Shown here: positions 12,101 to 24,462 of the stretch, in pieces
Layout: each line of letters opens with the position of its first letter
Position numbering within the stretch: the stretch's first letter is position 1
Assembly (NCBI RefSeq): GCF_902459465.1
Contig: NC_047082.1
Span: forward strand, 10,106,001 to 10,170,000
Length of the DNA: 64,000 bases
Reading direction: 5' to 3'
Source: Asterias rubens
Lineage: Eukaryota
The notes under the pieces: model-generated
Told to the model about the DNA's origin: nothing
What the model saw: the letters and a program-made list of their open reading frames with translations, nothing else
Databases searched by the model: none
Position numbers and translations under genes: made by a program

Positions 12101-15100
12101 GACGGGGACGACGTTGAAACGCTGACGGCTCAAAAACAGGTGAGGCATTATACATTCCTCTAAACTCGTTGTATATATAAATTTTACAAACAAACATATC
12201 TTCAAACTATAGCGACACTAGAATGTCTATATTTAATTTGTACTTTTGTCTTATCTGGTGAAAAACGTCTATGACGAATGGGACTCAGATCAGCGACACT
12301 TAAAATAAAAGTACACTCTAAAAACAGTGCTTTAGATTTTCAACACATTTCTAAGCATAAGTTTTGTACCCACTTTGTTCACATGTTTATCCTAAAATAT
12401 GTTTAGATTCTTGGGTGGGTTTGAATCCTACAAACCATGTAAGCAGGTGTCAAATGATAAACTTATTCAAACATGTTTACAAAAAGGGGTTCCACAAATG
12501 TGTTGAAACTCTAGACACTGTTTTTACAGTGTTGTATCCCCCAAACACAAAGGCAGCAGGTTAATTTGGTTTTGCATTAGTTTCAACTATTGTAATATTC
12601 CAAATCGTTGACTGTCCGTTCCAAAGGTTTACGATTTGCTCTGCAATATCCCGAGTGACATCCAGTGTCGTACACTTTATGACGACGTATCGTCCACTCA
12701 GACCGGGCAGATTCTTGACATCAACTGCACGGTATCAACTGGTTTAGATTGCCGAGGAGCTTCCCAGAGCATTGAAGACGGTCGATCATGTTATGACTAC
12801 GAGGTTCGGTATTCGTGTCCAGAGTGTGAGTAGACTTCGTAATTTCCTGCGTATAAGGCGCTCGACGAACAAAGCGCAGTGCCCTTAAATTACCAAATTA
12901 AAATTAACCTGTTAACATATATAAGGCGCATCGTCGACGAACATGACGTGACCCAAGCGTAAGGTGCTTACTACTCCTAGATTGGGAGATTTTGAAGAGA
13001 ATATTTGTTGTTTATCCAGGTATATTGTATCTTGAAAAACAACAAGTTAAAAATGTACGCAGGTTTCAATGTGGCTAAATGGTATAGATGTACATGTACT
13101 TTTAGCTGACATTTAATCTGAACTGTCATTCTTTCACTACCTATAGCTACATTTCAGTGGACCGACTGGTACGACACGAGTGATCCAACAGGCTCGATGG
13201 AGGATGAGTCTCTCGCTACACATAAGTTGCAGGTAATTTTAAAAACTTCTGTTGGGGTGGGGTGGGAGCGATGTTATCTTTATACCAAGTTTGTTTCATG
13301 TCTGCAACCTTCGTCGGGAACATAGTCTATAGTCCCGCATGAAGGCCGAGTCATACTGCAGCGATAACGAAAACGATAAAGATAACGACGCAAATAGAAC
13401 ACATTCTATTGGTTGAATTGCTCCACGCAGGATACGCCATCGCTTATTTAACCAACCGAGGGCATTCATTTTTTACGTTCTCGTTTTCATTCTCGTTATC
13501 GAGGCCCGTGTGACCGGGCCTTTTCTCTCAAAGTGTAAAACGACAAAGTGTTATTATTATACATGTATATACTTGACATATAAGATTACGATAGTCAGAT
13601 TTTTCCTAACCCCGGATTCAACCAATCCAGTACCTTGATATTAAAATCTCATATATTATCAGCCTTACCCAGATTTGTGCATTCAGCCATTCAGTGCCGA
13701 GTGTCGAATCAAAGGAACCAATCAAGACATCTCTATTAGGATAGTCAGATTGTTCCTAATCTTCCAGAAGTTCAATGTTTACATCACGGTTTTCTTTTAT
13801 CAGTCTTACCCAGATTTGTGCGTCCAGCCAATCGGTGCAGAGTGTCGAATCAAAGGAACCAATGAAGACATCCTTACCAGTGGGATTATTCCAGAGACTC
13901 CGTATCTTTGTAACGCAAACGGATTCCGCTGCCAAGATGCAAATAATACTATTCCTTGTCCAGACGTTGAGGTGCGCTACAGATGCCCGACTACATTAGG
14001 TATAGTTGTCTACGTTGCTTTTTCAAATACTTGAAGTTTGTTGCATGTACTTGACCACATTCTTTTTTTAAAATACTTTCCGGTTTGTTGATGATGTTTT
14101 TGTTGGTGTTGTTGTCGTCATCGTCGTGGTCGTGGTCGTGGTCGTTCTCGTCGTCGTCGTGATTGTCGTCGTGATTGTCGTCGTGTTTGCAAACTAAAGG
14201 GCTTGATACATTTGGTATGTCAAGTTTTTGGCCATGTTGACATGAATTCCTACTCATTTGGAATGAAGATGTATGTAAATTAATTCACCTCTAGAAGTTG
14301 CAGTTTTCGTCAAGTTTTTAAGAAACAAAAGTGCAAATCACAGAGCAATATTTTCAGGAGAGTTGCGTAAATCCGTTGCACAATGCTAAACTGATTTTCG
14401 TCTCACTGAGGCATGATTTTTTTTGAGAATTGTTTTATCTCGTTTCTCAAATTCTACAGCACCTCAGCAGTAAATTAAGGGAAACTTTCTACTATCATTA
14501 TCTTTAAAACGTGTAGGTTTAATGTAAATCTGTGGACATTAGTGTTTTGTTTCGTACACAAAGAACCTAAACCCTTTTGTTTTTTGTTCATTAAATTTGA
14601 TGTATACTTTTCTGTGTCCAAATTTAGTGACGCATCTTCAAGTCAACAGTTTACAGAAGATTAGCCACCACCTAGATCCCAATCTTAGGCTGCAGTGTGA
14701 CGTCACCGAAGGCATTCCAGTGTCATCCTCCTTCTCGACGGAGTGGCTGTGGCTGGATCGATCCCAGTCCCAAGCTGCCGTGCCGATATCGCCAGGTGGC
14801 GATATCACGATTACACCCCTCACATCGCATACCTCTGTCTTGAAGATCGACGATTTTGCCAGTAGTGTATTCACCAACAGGACGCTGGTTTGCATCGCGA
14901 GAGACGGGATTGTAAAAGATGCAAAAACGATTGCAGCAATTAAACTGCGTAAGTAACAATTTATTCGAGAGTATCAGTGGCCAATTTCACCAAGATTTAT
15001 AGCCTATTGCGCTACTACAACACCTTAAAGACCATGACTTTGTGCTATCTAAAGTATTCGGAAGCATACTTGAACACGTAGCTCCAGTTTGAAAATTGTA

Positions 15101-18100
15101 TTATGGAAAACAGCGCACTTGGACCTCGCGGTAACAGGCGCTATATAAGAATGATGAATTATAAATTTTTAACTATTAAGCTGTTGACGCATATACATAA
15201 CAGAAACGGCAACAATTACACATATTCTTAAAGGCAGTGAACACTATTGGTAATTACTCAAAACAATTATCATCATAAAACCTTTCTTGATTACGAGTAA
15301 TGGGGAGAGGTTGATGGTATAAAACGTTGTGAGAAACAGCTCCCTCTGAAGTGACGCAGTTTTCGAGAAAGAAGTAATTTTAGACGAATTTGATTTCGAG
15401 ACCTCAAGTTTAGAATTCGAGGTCTCGAAATCAAGCATCAGAAAGCACACAACTTCGTGTGACAAGGGTGTTTTTTCTTTCATTATTATCTCGCAAACTC
15501 GACGACCGATTGAGCTCAAATTTTCACAGGTTTGTTATTTTATGCATATGTTGAGATACACCAAGTGAGAAGACTGGTCTTTGACAATTACCAATAGTGT
15601 CCACTGTCTTTAAGAAGGTTTCGGTCCATTTCCAAGATGACAGTTGGACACCTTTAGCCCTTCGTCACGAGTTACTCTTTACCCTATATAAGACGCGCCT
15701 CGTCTTTAATATGCAGCCACATAAGTATTGAGGACTTCTTTACAACCTCAAAGAAATGTTTTTAAGCCTTCCGTCTTCTTCTTCCTTCAATTTTTTCCTC
15801 TGATTTGTTTTCTGTGTAGTAAAACAAAGTCCAAATAAAGGTGTTTTTTTTTATTTACGGATCAAATAATGAAAGTTCTCTCAAATCCGCTTATTGTTGT
15901 GTTTTTTTCAATTAACAAATTACTGTTTTGGTTTGTTTAATGCAGCATCTGAATGCGAGGCTCCCATCGGCATATCAAGTGACCAGATTCAGCTGAGTCA
16001 AATTTCACCGTCTTCAGTGAAATCTGAACCTTTCAAGGTATCGTTCAGTTGGCATTATTTCTTGACTCACTCATCACTTATTCTTTGTGTTCGTCGTCAT
16101 TTCTAACTGCCCATGGTATTTTTGGTTTAAGTGACGTTTGAAGCTCTGCATGGTGTGGAAAATAACAGGGTCAGTAAACTTGCTTTTTTACCAACAAGGC
16201 TCAAAAAACAAAACTGTTTGAAGGCGCGCAAGATTTGCACGCATCAATCTCATGGCGAAGATTACGAGCATCTTGGCAGATCTTGGTAGAAGCGTCTACC
16301 TTGATGAAGTTGACCCATACACTGTTATAAATTGCACTTATGTACAGGGCCCCATTCCATAAATCCTGTAAGCACAACAATTTGCTAAGCATGAAATTTC
16401 TTCCTTAATAAAAACAGGATTACCAACCAAATGTCCTCGTTATTTTCATGATACAGCTGAATGCTATAGTAACAAGCAATATGCAATTAATTAAAGTTTG
16501 ATTGGTAATCTTGTTTTTATCAAGGAAGAAATTTCATGCTAAGCAAATTAACGTGCTTACAGGCTTTATGAAATTGGTCCATGATGAACCTCACGCACAT
16601 GCCGATGCCTTGTTGATCATAGCTCCATTATAGAGTGAACTCTTGTGAACATCCTTTCTATATTGCTATCTCGATATCACGGAATCAATGTTGAAAATGT
16701 GTTTCGTTTTCAGATTCCTCGCGTCAATGGTTTGGACGCGTGGGTACCAGCTGTCAGCGATACATCTCAGATGCTTGATTTCGATCTTGGTGTGGAATAT
16801 GAAGTACGTCCCCCCCTCCTTCTCTCTTTCCTTCTATATTCGCCTCCTAGTACAATCTTCTTCAATCGTTTTAACCCTCCGGCTCAGTATCAGAACTGTT
16901 AAATTTTTGTTTCCCGGTTGCCCATATTTTGAAATCGGTTTGATAAGAGGGCAAGACGTTTAGTTTTTTGTAACAACTTATTTATCAATGTTTATTATAG
17001 ATAACCGGTATTGCAGTACAAGGCGATCCGCCAACTGACAGCCCTACCTCTATGGTAACGGAGCTAGACCTGTATCGTAAAGACAATGGCTCCGCTACAT
17101 GGATACAAGTATGTAATATCTCGTATTGTATAATTGCTGGTTTTTGATGTACAACATCAGAATCTCTGATGAGATTCGATTTGAGACAAAGTATTGGAAC
17201 TCCTGAACACTCAAGTAAAAGAGAAACCCATGTAGGAATTACACAAATGCGGGATCCAGTAGGATTGTTTTGTGTGGTTGACTGGGGAGGGGTGCTGTAA
17301 AATTTAAAAACTTGGCATGATCAATCTCTTTTTATTTACTTTGCCTTTTAAGGTTATTTGTATTGCTGTCTGCTTCAGTTTGTGGGAAGATTCGTCCAAT
17401 TTGAAGCTGTGAAAATGTTACTTGGTGGAATAACCCCATTCAAAAATAATCAGTCAACAATCATTTAATCAATCTATCAATCGAGCAAGCAATGAAAACA
17501 TTAATTAATCAATCAATCAATCATTCATTCAATGAGTACTTGTAAATGAATAACTGTACAAAGAAAAACAAATTTGTTTCAATAAAAAACAAACAAATAA
17601 TCATAAACAAATTAACAGAATACAATTTAAAATAAAATGGAAAAGTAACGAAAAGTACAAAAATATTTATAAAACTCAGAAAAATACAATTAGAATAGAC
17701 AAATATTCACATCTAAATTAACAGCCGACAATCTCATTCGTTACGATGTCTCATTCCAGCCTCTACGCATCGTAACTGCTGCTTTCAATGGAGGTCAAGC
17801 AAGCTACAATACTCTAGATCCTAACATCACCACGAGGTTTCTACGGTTCAACCCAAGACTGTGGCAAGGTAGTGAAATCATGATGAAAGTGGAGATCTAC
17901 GGCTGCGCAGTGGGAGGTATGTGACACGTCTTCAACATTTGTTTTAAACCCCAAGTGCCCAAAAGTCCATTTGGGACGCATTCTACCATTCCAGGGGCGG
18001 ACCCATGAATATGTGCACGGGTGGGGTCAGGTACACACCAGACTAAGGCCCGTGATCGTCAATGCAATGGGAAATTCATTTGAGACAGCGGACCAGTGTA

Positions 18101-21100
18101 TGTTGTAAAAACTCCAGCTGGTAAACGACCTTGCCTTTGCAACTCACTCTTTCAATTATGCCTCTCACGCGTCCTCTCCTGTTCTCTCCTGTGTCTCGAG
18201 GGTTTTTATTTATGGCTCTCATACACTTAGTCCTTGTGGGTCGATCTGTGGCTGTATGTCAAAGTTAGCCTTTTACGTGCCTGCGTCCTGACCACAATGT
18301 AGCCGTATCCTGCGTATCTCAGCTTCCCAGCTGCAAGTATAGGGCCTAATTTCATAGAGCTGCTTAAGCAAAAAAATTGCTTATTTACACATGTTACCGG
18401 CCAAAAATTCATGCCATATACATTGCTTGTGACTGGTATTTAGCTGTTGTTTACTTAGCCTAACAATTGAGTGAAGTCTTGGCCGGTAATCTGGTTTTAC
18501 TAAGCAAGGTTTTTGCTTAAGCAATTTTTTTTGCTTAAGCAGCTCTATGAACTTGGGCCCAGATGGCTAACCTCCTGATTTAGTATTCTTCATGTTATTT
18601 TAATTATTCAGCTTTTTCATGTTTGATGCATGGATTATATAGAAGAGTCAGCAATTCTAACTTCACTCTTTCTCTCCATCGATTGCAGAGCCTACACTAA
18701 GAATTATGGAACTAACTAAAAAGTATGACGTCTTTACCAATAACTTCACCTTCACGTGCCGGGCTGAGCATTACCCTGTACCCAACATCACGTGGCTGGC
18801 TGATAATGCATCGATATCAGCACAAGAGGGCGTCTTTCAAATCTCTGAATACGATGGCGTGTTCCCCACCAAGGTGTCTGTATTGACTCTGATTGGTTTC
18901 CAGCCAGCCAATGACAGCGTGGAGTTTGCCTGCCAGGCCACGGCAGGAGCTGATACCGTGGTTGAACGCATTAACACACAATACAGTGAGTAGACACTTT
19001 TGATTTATTAATTTGACAGGAAGAATCGATCTAAATCGAAGTAAAATCTTTTTGAGTATAACACGACCGGAGCATACTGATCAAAACGTTGAGTCGTTAA
19101 CCAGCGGTCCCTTTCAGAATAAATACTACTCAAAAAGAGATATTCAAATGCTGTTACCACAAACCTCTCTTAGTCGTTTTAAATCTATAATTAAATGACA
19201 ATTCAATGAAGTGAAATTTCTCTGTAGAAGTTTCTTCGTTGATCTAAGAGGAGAAAATTGCATGTTGGTTTACATAATGGTGTTTGAAACAAACATATGT
19301 TGACTCATTGAAGCATGACTATACGAATTATACATACTTTTGCATACAAACTATACTACCATTTCAAGATGCAAAAAACATATTTGGTATTTTATTATCA
19401 TTATAGGTTTCACTGGCTCCGTGTCAGTTACCGCTGACTCACCTGTATATTTTGGCAGTGAAGTAAACATGACTTGTACAGCTTCCGGTGACGACATTTA
19501 CGTCATAGAGTGGAGTAAACGCTCGAACGGGTCGAGCGCACCGTTCAGTCCACTCAGTGCAGGCGGACGGTTCGACATAGTGAACGTAGAAAACAGCGCT
19601 ACTGACTGGGACTCAACTCTTACGATAAAGCAATTTGTTGAAGTAGATGATGGAGAGTACGCATGTCAAGTGAACTCTGACACTGCCAGGGACGTCACGG
19701 TCGTGATTGGCAGTAAGTGTCCATTTCCAAAATATTGGAAAGTGTTATAAGAAAAAAGAGGTACACTTTTATCCAGAAAGATGTTTTCTTCCATAGAAGG
19801 TTTTTGTTTTGTGTTTTTTTTCTTCTTTTTTTTGCTGGCTCAGTTTAACCACTTTACTTCAATTGAAGGCTTTGGAACGCTAGGTGGCAGCAAATATACC
19901 AGGTAAATTTCCATTGTAACGTAGTTCTGAACATGCGCAAACTACAGAGAACAATAGATTTACCCGGTAAGTCTGCTGCCACCAAGCGTCCCTAAAGTCC
20001 CTCGGCTATTTTCATCTGTTTTGTTCATTGACTAAATTCTCTCCACTTCTCCAGAGAGTGGTATGAGATTTGGATCGCAAAGCGCCATCTACGACGAGAA
20101 CACAAATACGTACCGACTGGAATGTGAAGTGCTCTACTCGAATCTCATTCCCGACGTCACGTGGTTAACTCCCAGCCTTGAATCAGTGAATCAGACGACA
20201 GGAAGACATGAGGTTAGACTTACCGTGTGTTTTTGGTTTGAACATTTTTTTCAAAGGAAATTTATTTTGGGGTAAACCATCCCTATTGCTCTAGGAGTGT
20301 ACTTTAAAGGGTTTGGGTACTTGTTGTAGGATCCAAAGCACACTGTCCATAGATTTGAATTAAACTTTACACAGTTTGAAGATAATGATGGCTTCCCATA
20401 AATATTACTTGCGGAGGTGCTGTAGTTTTTGAGATATGAGAAAACAGTCACGAAAATAACTTTCGTCCCAGGAGACGAACATTATTTTAGCATGTAAAAC
20501 GTTATCAGTAGGCCTATGGTACAATACAATTTTCAACATTATTGAAAGCGCCCGAGCCTTATCATGTCAAACGAGGCACTTTAAAGTGGTTTTGTAGCAT
20601 GCACAGCAGTTTGTTGCCTCTAAGGTGCCTTAAAAGCTACCGCGAGTAAAGGCCCCTATATTAATTCCACCACTGGTTCCGAAAAGGGCACAGGTTTTAA
20701 AGTTGTTATACTGTTGACTAATGGTTAAATCTGTTCTTATTATCTATGTGTAGATTCAGTCAACAAATGTTGGATTTTCTGCCAAGCAATATCTGTTACT
20801 GATACACCAGTACCAACACAATGTGGATGATGGTAGCTACGTGTGCACCGCAGAGGTTGCAGCGACCGGGGAATCCATCAGTGAAACGCTTGCAGCTTCA
20901 TACGGTAAAGAAAATCAGACACTCAAAATCTGGGGGTTGGGGGTTTGACATTTTACGCATCCGAAAATTATTGGCACACCGGTATGGCTAGACTTGATTC
21001 AAGTCCCATTATCGTGTGAGAGGTCCCTCAGCAAGTAACCCCCCCCCCACAACTTACTATAAAACAACACGTATGGCATACAAAGTACAGTGCGCGCTCG

Positions 21101-22154
21101 CCATACAAATGCGGAACAGGTTTTGGAATGCAGAGCGACACAAAACAGAACTTTCCTGGGGATGGCACGGGATTGGGACTTGAGTCAAGTCTACGGTATG
21201 GCAGGAGATTCTGTCCCCCCGGAGTTGCTGTCCCCCATATACCTTATCGCAAATACCAATGCGCAAGCGCAGACTGTTGAATGAGGTGCATTGTGGGATA
21301 TATATGGATCAAATTTGGATACCAGCAAGACCACAATGCACCTAATTCCAAGCTTTACGCGCGCGCCCCGGTATTTGCGATAAGGTCTATACGGCGAACT
21401 GTTTACAGACAACTTCTGATAGCGCCCTCTTTTGAAACATCCTCCTTCAGCCCACGTTAATTTCTATTGGGGGAACAGAATCTCCGGCGGACCGATTTCT
21501 CTGGGACACCGGCAATAGTGTAACATTGTAATAATACGTGCTTTAAACAAATATTATCCTCGTTAGCTTGCCAGCTTGAATACTTCACATTTCCCTATAC
21601 GGCTGGCTCACACGGATGCAAACATCATTTGATTTTCTAATTCTACAATGATCTTTACAACTCCATAAAACCCATTTACCATAGACCTTTATCGCAAATA
21701 CTTTTTAGGCACGTGAGGCGTTGAATGAGGTGCATGCTGCATGGTCTACCAGCATGCACCTCATTCAACAGTAAGTCACTAACAAGGCTTGCGCAATGGG
21801 TATCAAAACAAAACTCTATCAAACTGCTGTCATGTTTGTGAACATTAGCTTACCAGGGAGAAGTCCGAGCCAGCGCGACAACACCCATCATATTGGACCA
21901 ACTGGTTAACCTCGCCTGCGATGCTAGTAACGTCACTTCCGTCTATCACGCCGATTGGATGAGAGACATCGGTAACAACACCGAGATGGCGCTGACCAGT
22001 GATGCCTCTTATACCATCCATGAAGACCGTGCGGGTGGGCTATTTCACCTGTACCTGGATATAGGCAATTATTCCGAAGCGTTTGACGGGTACTACATTT
22101 GCTCCATTAATAACGGCACGGCGACTGCGGGTGTTGCAGTCACCAGGAAGCTAG
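6126..22154 (+). CDS. Large multidomain extracellular protein: signal peptide-WxxW-LamG/ConA-like-Ig-WxxW-WxxW-Ig-F5/8 type C-Ig-Ig-Ig-Ig (3' end unresolved)
   Basis: 20 GT-AG exons joining in one frame (3982 nt): 6126-6149, 7315-7360, 8009-8115, 8594-8792, 9301-10041, 11214-11528, 12057-12139, 12627-12825, 13147-13232, 13804-13999, 14628-14948, 15946-16037, 16714-16803, 17001-17108, 17760-17916, 18689-18985, 19407-19712, 20055-20212, 20754-20904, 21849-22154. Start context acaccATGg; signal peptide MGGIILFVCLCMQALRASG. Motifs: WTAW/WTPW/WTDW plus C.DYE(I/V)RF/Y.C (WxxW); C...W...DDGxYxC (Ig); CEAPIGI..ITGIAVQG..RFLRFNP..MKVEIYGC (discoidin). Confidence 0.88.
6255..6632. mobile_element. MITE family A
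   Basis: TTAA|AGGCAGTGGACAC...GTGTCCACTGGCT|TTAA; located in intron 1 of the mosaic gene. Confidence 0.9.
6921..7281. mobile_element. MITE family A, eroded ends
   Basis: Internal sequence including the gatttcgagacctca/tgaggtctcgaaatc-type hairpin. Confidence 0.75.
7805..7949. mobile_element. Mutator-like MITE (TAGACTTGA TIR, 9-bp TSD)
   Basis: TAGACTTGATTCAAGTCCC...GGGACTTGAGTCAAGTCTA flanked by gtgtgtgca on both sides. Confidence 0.8.
8209..8523. mobile_element. MITE family A, degenerate, reverse orientation
   Basis: cactggacac...gtgtccagtg ends; internal family similarity. Confidence 0.7.
8890..9232. repeat. (GTCGTT)n / (GTT)n / (GCTGTT)n microsatellite in an intron
   Basis: Directly visible; accounts for the four low-complexity ORFs at 8772-9252. 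Confidence 0.95.
9301..10041 (+). CDS. Exon 5 of the mosaic gene: concanavalin A-like / laminin-G-3 domain
   Basis: 741-nt phase 1-1 exon: HWDL...GWTFAFWMRY...SGG...WTHHCFTYD...KYFKNGDL...FGDYSDFKMF-like pattern typical of LamG3/pentraxin-like folds. Confidence 0.75.
12312..12533. mobile_element. Putative CACT-ended non-autonomous DNA element (second copy ~39263-39452)
   Basis: acactctaaaaacagtg...cactgtttttacagtgt; similar sequence at 39263. Confidence 0.5.
14330..14577. mobile_element. TTAA-type MITE family C (other copies 20305-20500 and 63236-63740)
   Basis: End AGGGTTT(A/G)GGT; shared agatttacatt..tgatagtagaaag..gctgaggtgctgtag. Confidence 0.6.
15232..15609. mobile_element. MITE family A
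   Basis: TTAA TSDs at 15228-15231 and 15610-15613; TIRs. Confidence 0.9.
15946..17916 (+). CDS. Exons 12-15 of the mosaic gene: F5/8 type C (discoidin) domain
   Basis: Four exons separated by phase-0 introns give SECEAPIGISSDQIQLSQIS...AWVPA...ITGIAVQG...TRFLRFNPRLWQGSEIMMKVEIYGC. Confidence 0.85.
18343..18559. mobile_element. PIF/Harbinger-like MITE family G (also 16348-16580, 34109-34336, 38304-38498, 38564-38795, partial 58790-58915, start at 63987)
   Basis: TIR GGCCCAATTTCATAGAGCTGCT; 3-bp CTG/CAG duplications, e.g. ctg..ctg at 38304-38498 and cag..cag at 38564-38795. Confidence 0.75.
20989..21193. mobile_element. Mutator-like MITE (same TIR as 7805)
   Basis: 9-bp TSD cggtatggc at 20980-20988 and 21194-21202. 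Confidence 0.8.
21238..21391. mobile_element. MITE family J (near-identical copy 44512-44667)
   Basis: TIR (TA)TAGACCTTATCGCAAATAC...GTATTTGCGATAAGGTCTA(TA). Confidence 0.75.
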
Positions 22155-23149
22155 GTAAGTATGAATTTAGGGACAATGAAACAAGGTCTGTGTCTCCTTA
22201 AATCTTCCTCTTTCTCTACAGACATCTGTTCTGTCCTTCTATTGAGCTGAATTTTTTGCAGGGTTTTATCCAGGTTGTTGGAGTGTTTTGACGGTTGGCT
22301 TTCTGAAGGTACTGGATCAGGACTGCAGAGTCGCGACCTTCCACGGGGAGCTACGTGCAGTGAAGGTAATCTCTCGTATGTTCTCGTGCTCACAAGATTC
22401 TAATCGTCTTCTTTCTGAGTTGTTATTCTTTGAGAAGCACTAGATAGCATGTGTACGGAGTATGGAGAAGACGCGACACGGAAGGCGGGTCTGAGCTGTC
22501 AATCACGTACATCAGCGGCTACATTCACACCAATCAACCGACGTTACATGAAGATCACTGAATAGCAACGCATTCGACAACCATGGCGCCATTTCGTTGT
22601 CGAGCATCTGCTACGACAATACCAGGTAACGTGAATGTACATTTTTACATTGCCAATAAACTTATATGATAATAGATGGATTGCAAAACGCGTCATTGAC
22701 CGCCATCTTTAATGTAAACCGATTGAAAAATGCTCGCGTGTACGCACTACGCAATACTCTCAGCCAATGAGAGCTCTTCATGTTTGCACAATTCATTAAA
22801 GATGGCGGTCAATGAAGTCTACTGGCCAATGACATCTATTAGTAAAAACTGACTTTCCGGAATGTTTTGATGTTGAATAGTTTGGTACTTGTTTCTTTCA
22901 GGGTCGTCCTAGAGATGAGCTTGCAAGACTCTGCATAATGATTTCGATGGACATGTTCAGCCTATCATTTTGCGAGAAACCTTACTTGGACATTGGAAAG
23001 GCGAGACGAGATCTCCATTTTACGCATCAATTTCTTCTTGACGTCATCATTCTGGTCTCGCACTGTGCCTGTTGTTCAATTTGAACATACCCATAAGATG
23101 AGGGGAACATTTTGACTCGGGAGATAATAGGTCTAAAATATTACTTTTC

Positions 23150-23285
23150 ATTTGGGGTGGAATAAAGACAAATTGACTAGAGCGAGATTTGAACCAACGA
23201 CCTCCGGATAAACGTGCCGCCGTCCTACCAACTGAAACAATGCTAGCGGTCTCCCTATCTTGTCAATATCTTTGTTCGGGTGCAG
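23150..23285 (-). mobile_element. tRNA-derived SINE fragment (related fragment 42890-42950)
   Basis: Reverse strand tcagttggtaggacg..ccggaggtcgttggttcaaatc (A/B-box-like); shared aaagacaaattgact..acgacctccggat. Confidence 0.5.
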
Positions 23286-23462
23286 ATTGTAAGAGACAAG
23301 GTTTTCTTCCTCAACCAGCCCATACCCCCTCCCCTAGTAATGGGTAGGCGGGTTGACTTCACTGTAATTTCTTTGTCAAACTCTTAAAACGAGGGCTGGT
23401 TAAACACTGCGTCATGGCACATGTTAATTGTTTTTTTTCTCCAAGGACAAATCGCCAGATTT

Positions 23463-23780
23463 GGCAGCGTCATGGCCGAGCGGTTAAGAGCACCGGATTC
23501 AAGCACTGCTGTTTGATCAGCAGGGTGTGCGTTCGGATCCCGGTCGTGACACTTGCTTCATAAAATTGGGGGGGCAGTGCTTTCTGCTCTACCGGCCAGG
23601 CTTCGAATTGATGATACCCAAGCCTACATCCGTATGGACTGTAAAGGGGTTAACCCTGTTTCAGCCCTAGGAGTAGGTGGCAACGGTCTCTGGAAAAAAA
23701 TAATTGTAGCCCACACCTTGAAGTGGCCTTCAGGCCTTGTGTGTCAGGCGACTTGCATACAAAAAAATATATAAAAAAAA
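23463..23780 (+). mobile_element. tRNA(Leu)-derived SINE
   Basis: A box TGGCCGAGCGG, TTCAAG loop, B-box-like GTTCGGATCC, then a non-tRNA body and an A-rich tail. Confidence 0.6.
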
Positions 23781-24092
23781 CATTCCACATAGCAAAAAGG
23801 GGATCAGATGTAGGAGTTGTGTACTTACTTTTTTGTTATGAACTTTTCAAGAGTAGCGGATGGTTGTTAATACAAATTATTACAAAATATATTTTAGAAA
23901 CGACCAATTTTAGTTCATCCAGTTTGAGAAAAAATGAATTTGAGCATGAGGTTTCAAACATTTAGCCTTTCTCTGCCAACTCAAAGCACACAATACAGTA
24001 CAACATGTGCGTTGGCTTATTTTCTTATGACCGATGGAGCCCACATTCTCACTGGTTTCATATTTCTACAAAGCTTTACTTTATACGCTTAA

Positions 24093-24462
24093 AGGCAGTG
24101 GACACTATTGGTAATTACTCAAAATAATTATTAGCATAAAACCGTTCTTGGTGACGAGTAATGGGGAGAGGTTGATGGTATAAAACATTGTGAGAAACGG
24201 CTCCCTCTGAAGTGCCATAGTTTTCGAGAAAGAAGTAATTTTCCATGAATTTGATTTCGAGACCTCAGATTTAGAACTTGAGGTCTCGAAATCAACCATC
24301 TAAATGACACAAATTTGTGCGACAAGGGTGTTTTTTTCCTACATTATTATCTCGCAAGTTCGATGACCAATTGAGCTCAAATTTTCACAGGTTTGTTATT
24401 TTATACATATGTTGAGATAACCAAGGCTAGTCTTTGATAATTACCAATAGTGTCCAGAGTCT
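24093..24462. mobile_element. MITE family A
   Basis: TTAA TSDs and TIRs. Confidence 0.9.

Noticed and set aside
23463-23550. Possible tRNA-Leu gene
   Set aside because: Acceptor stem does not close, the B box is imperfect, and it continues into a body with an A-rich tail, so it is better explained as a SINE
24105-24325. Recurrent [30 protein letters not shown]... (also 15244, 42601, 43818, 47355, 53075, 55570, 63314)
   Set aside because: Chance frame inside the non-autonomous family-A MITE; no transposase motifs, and starts and stops vary between copies
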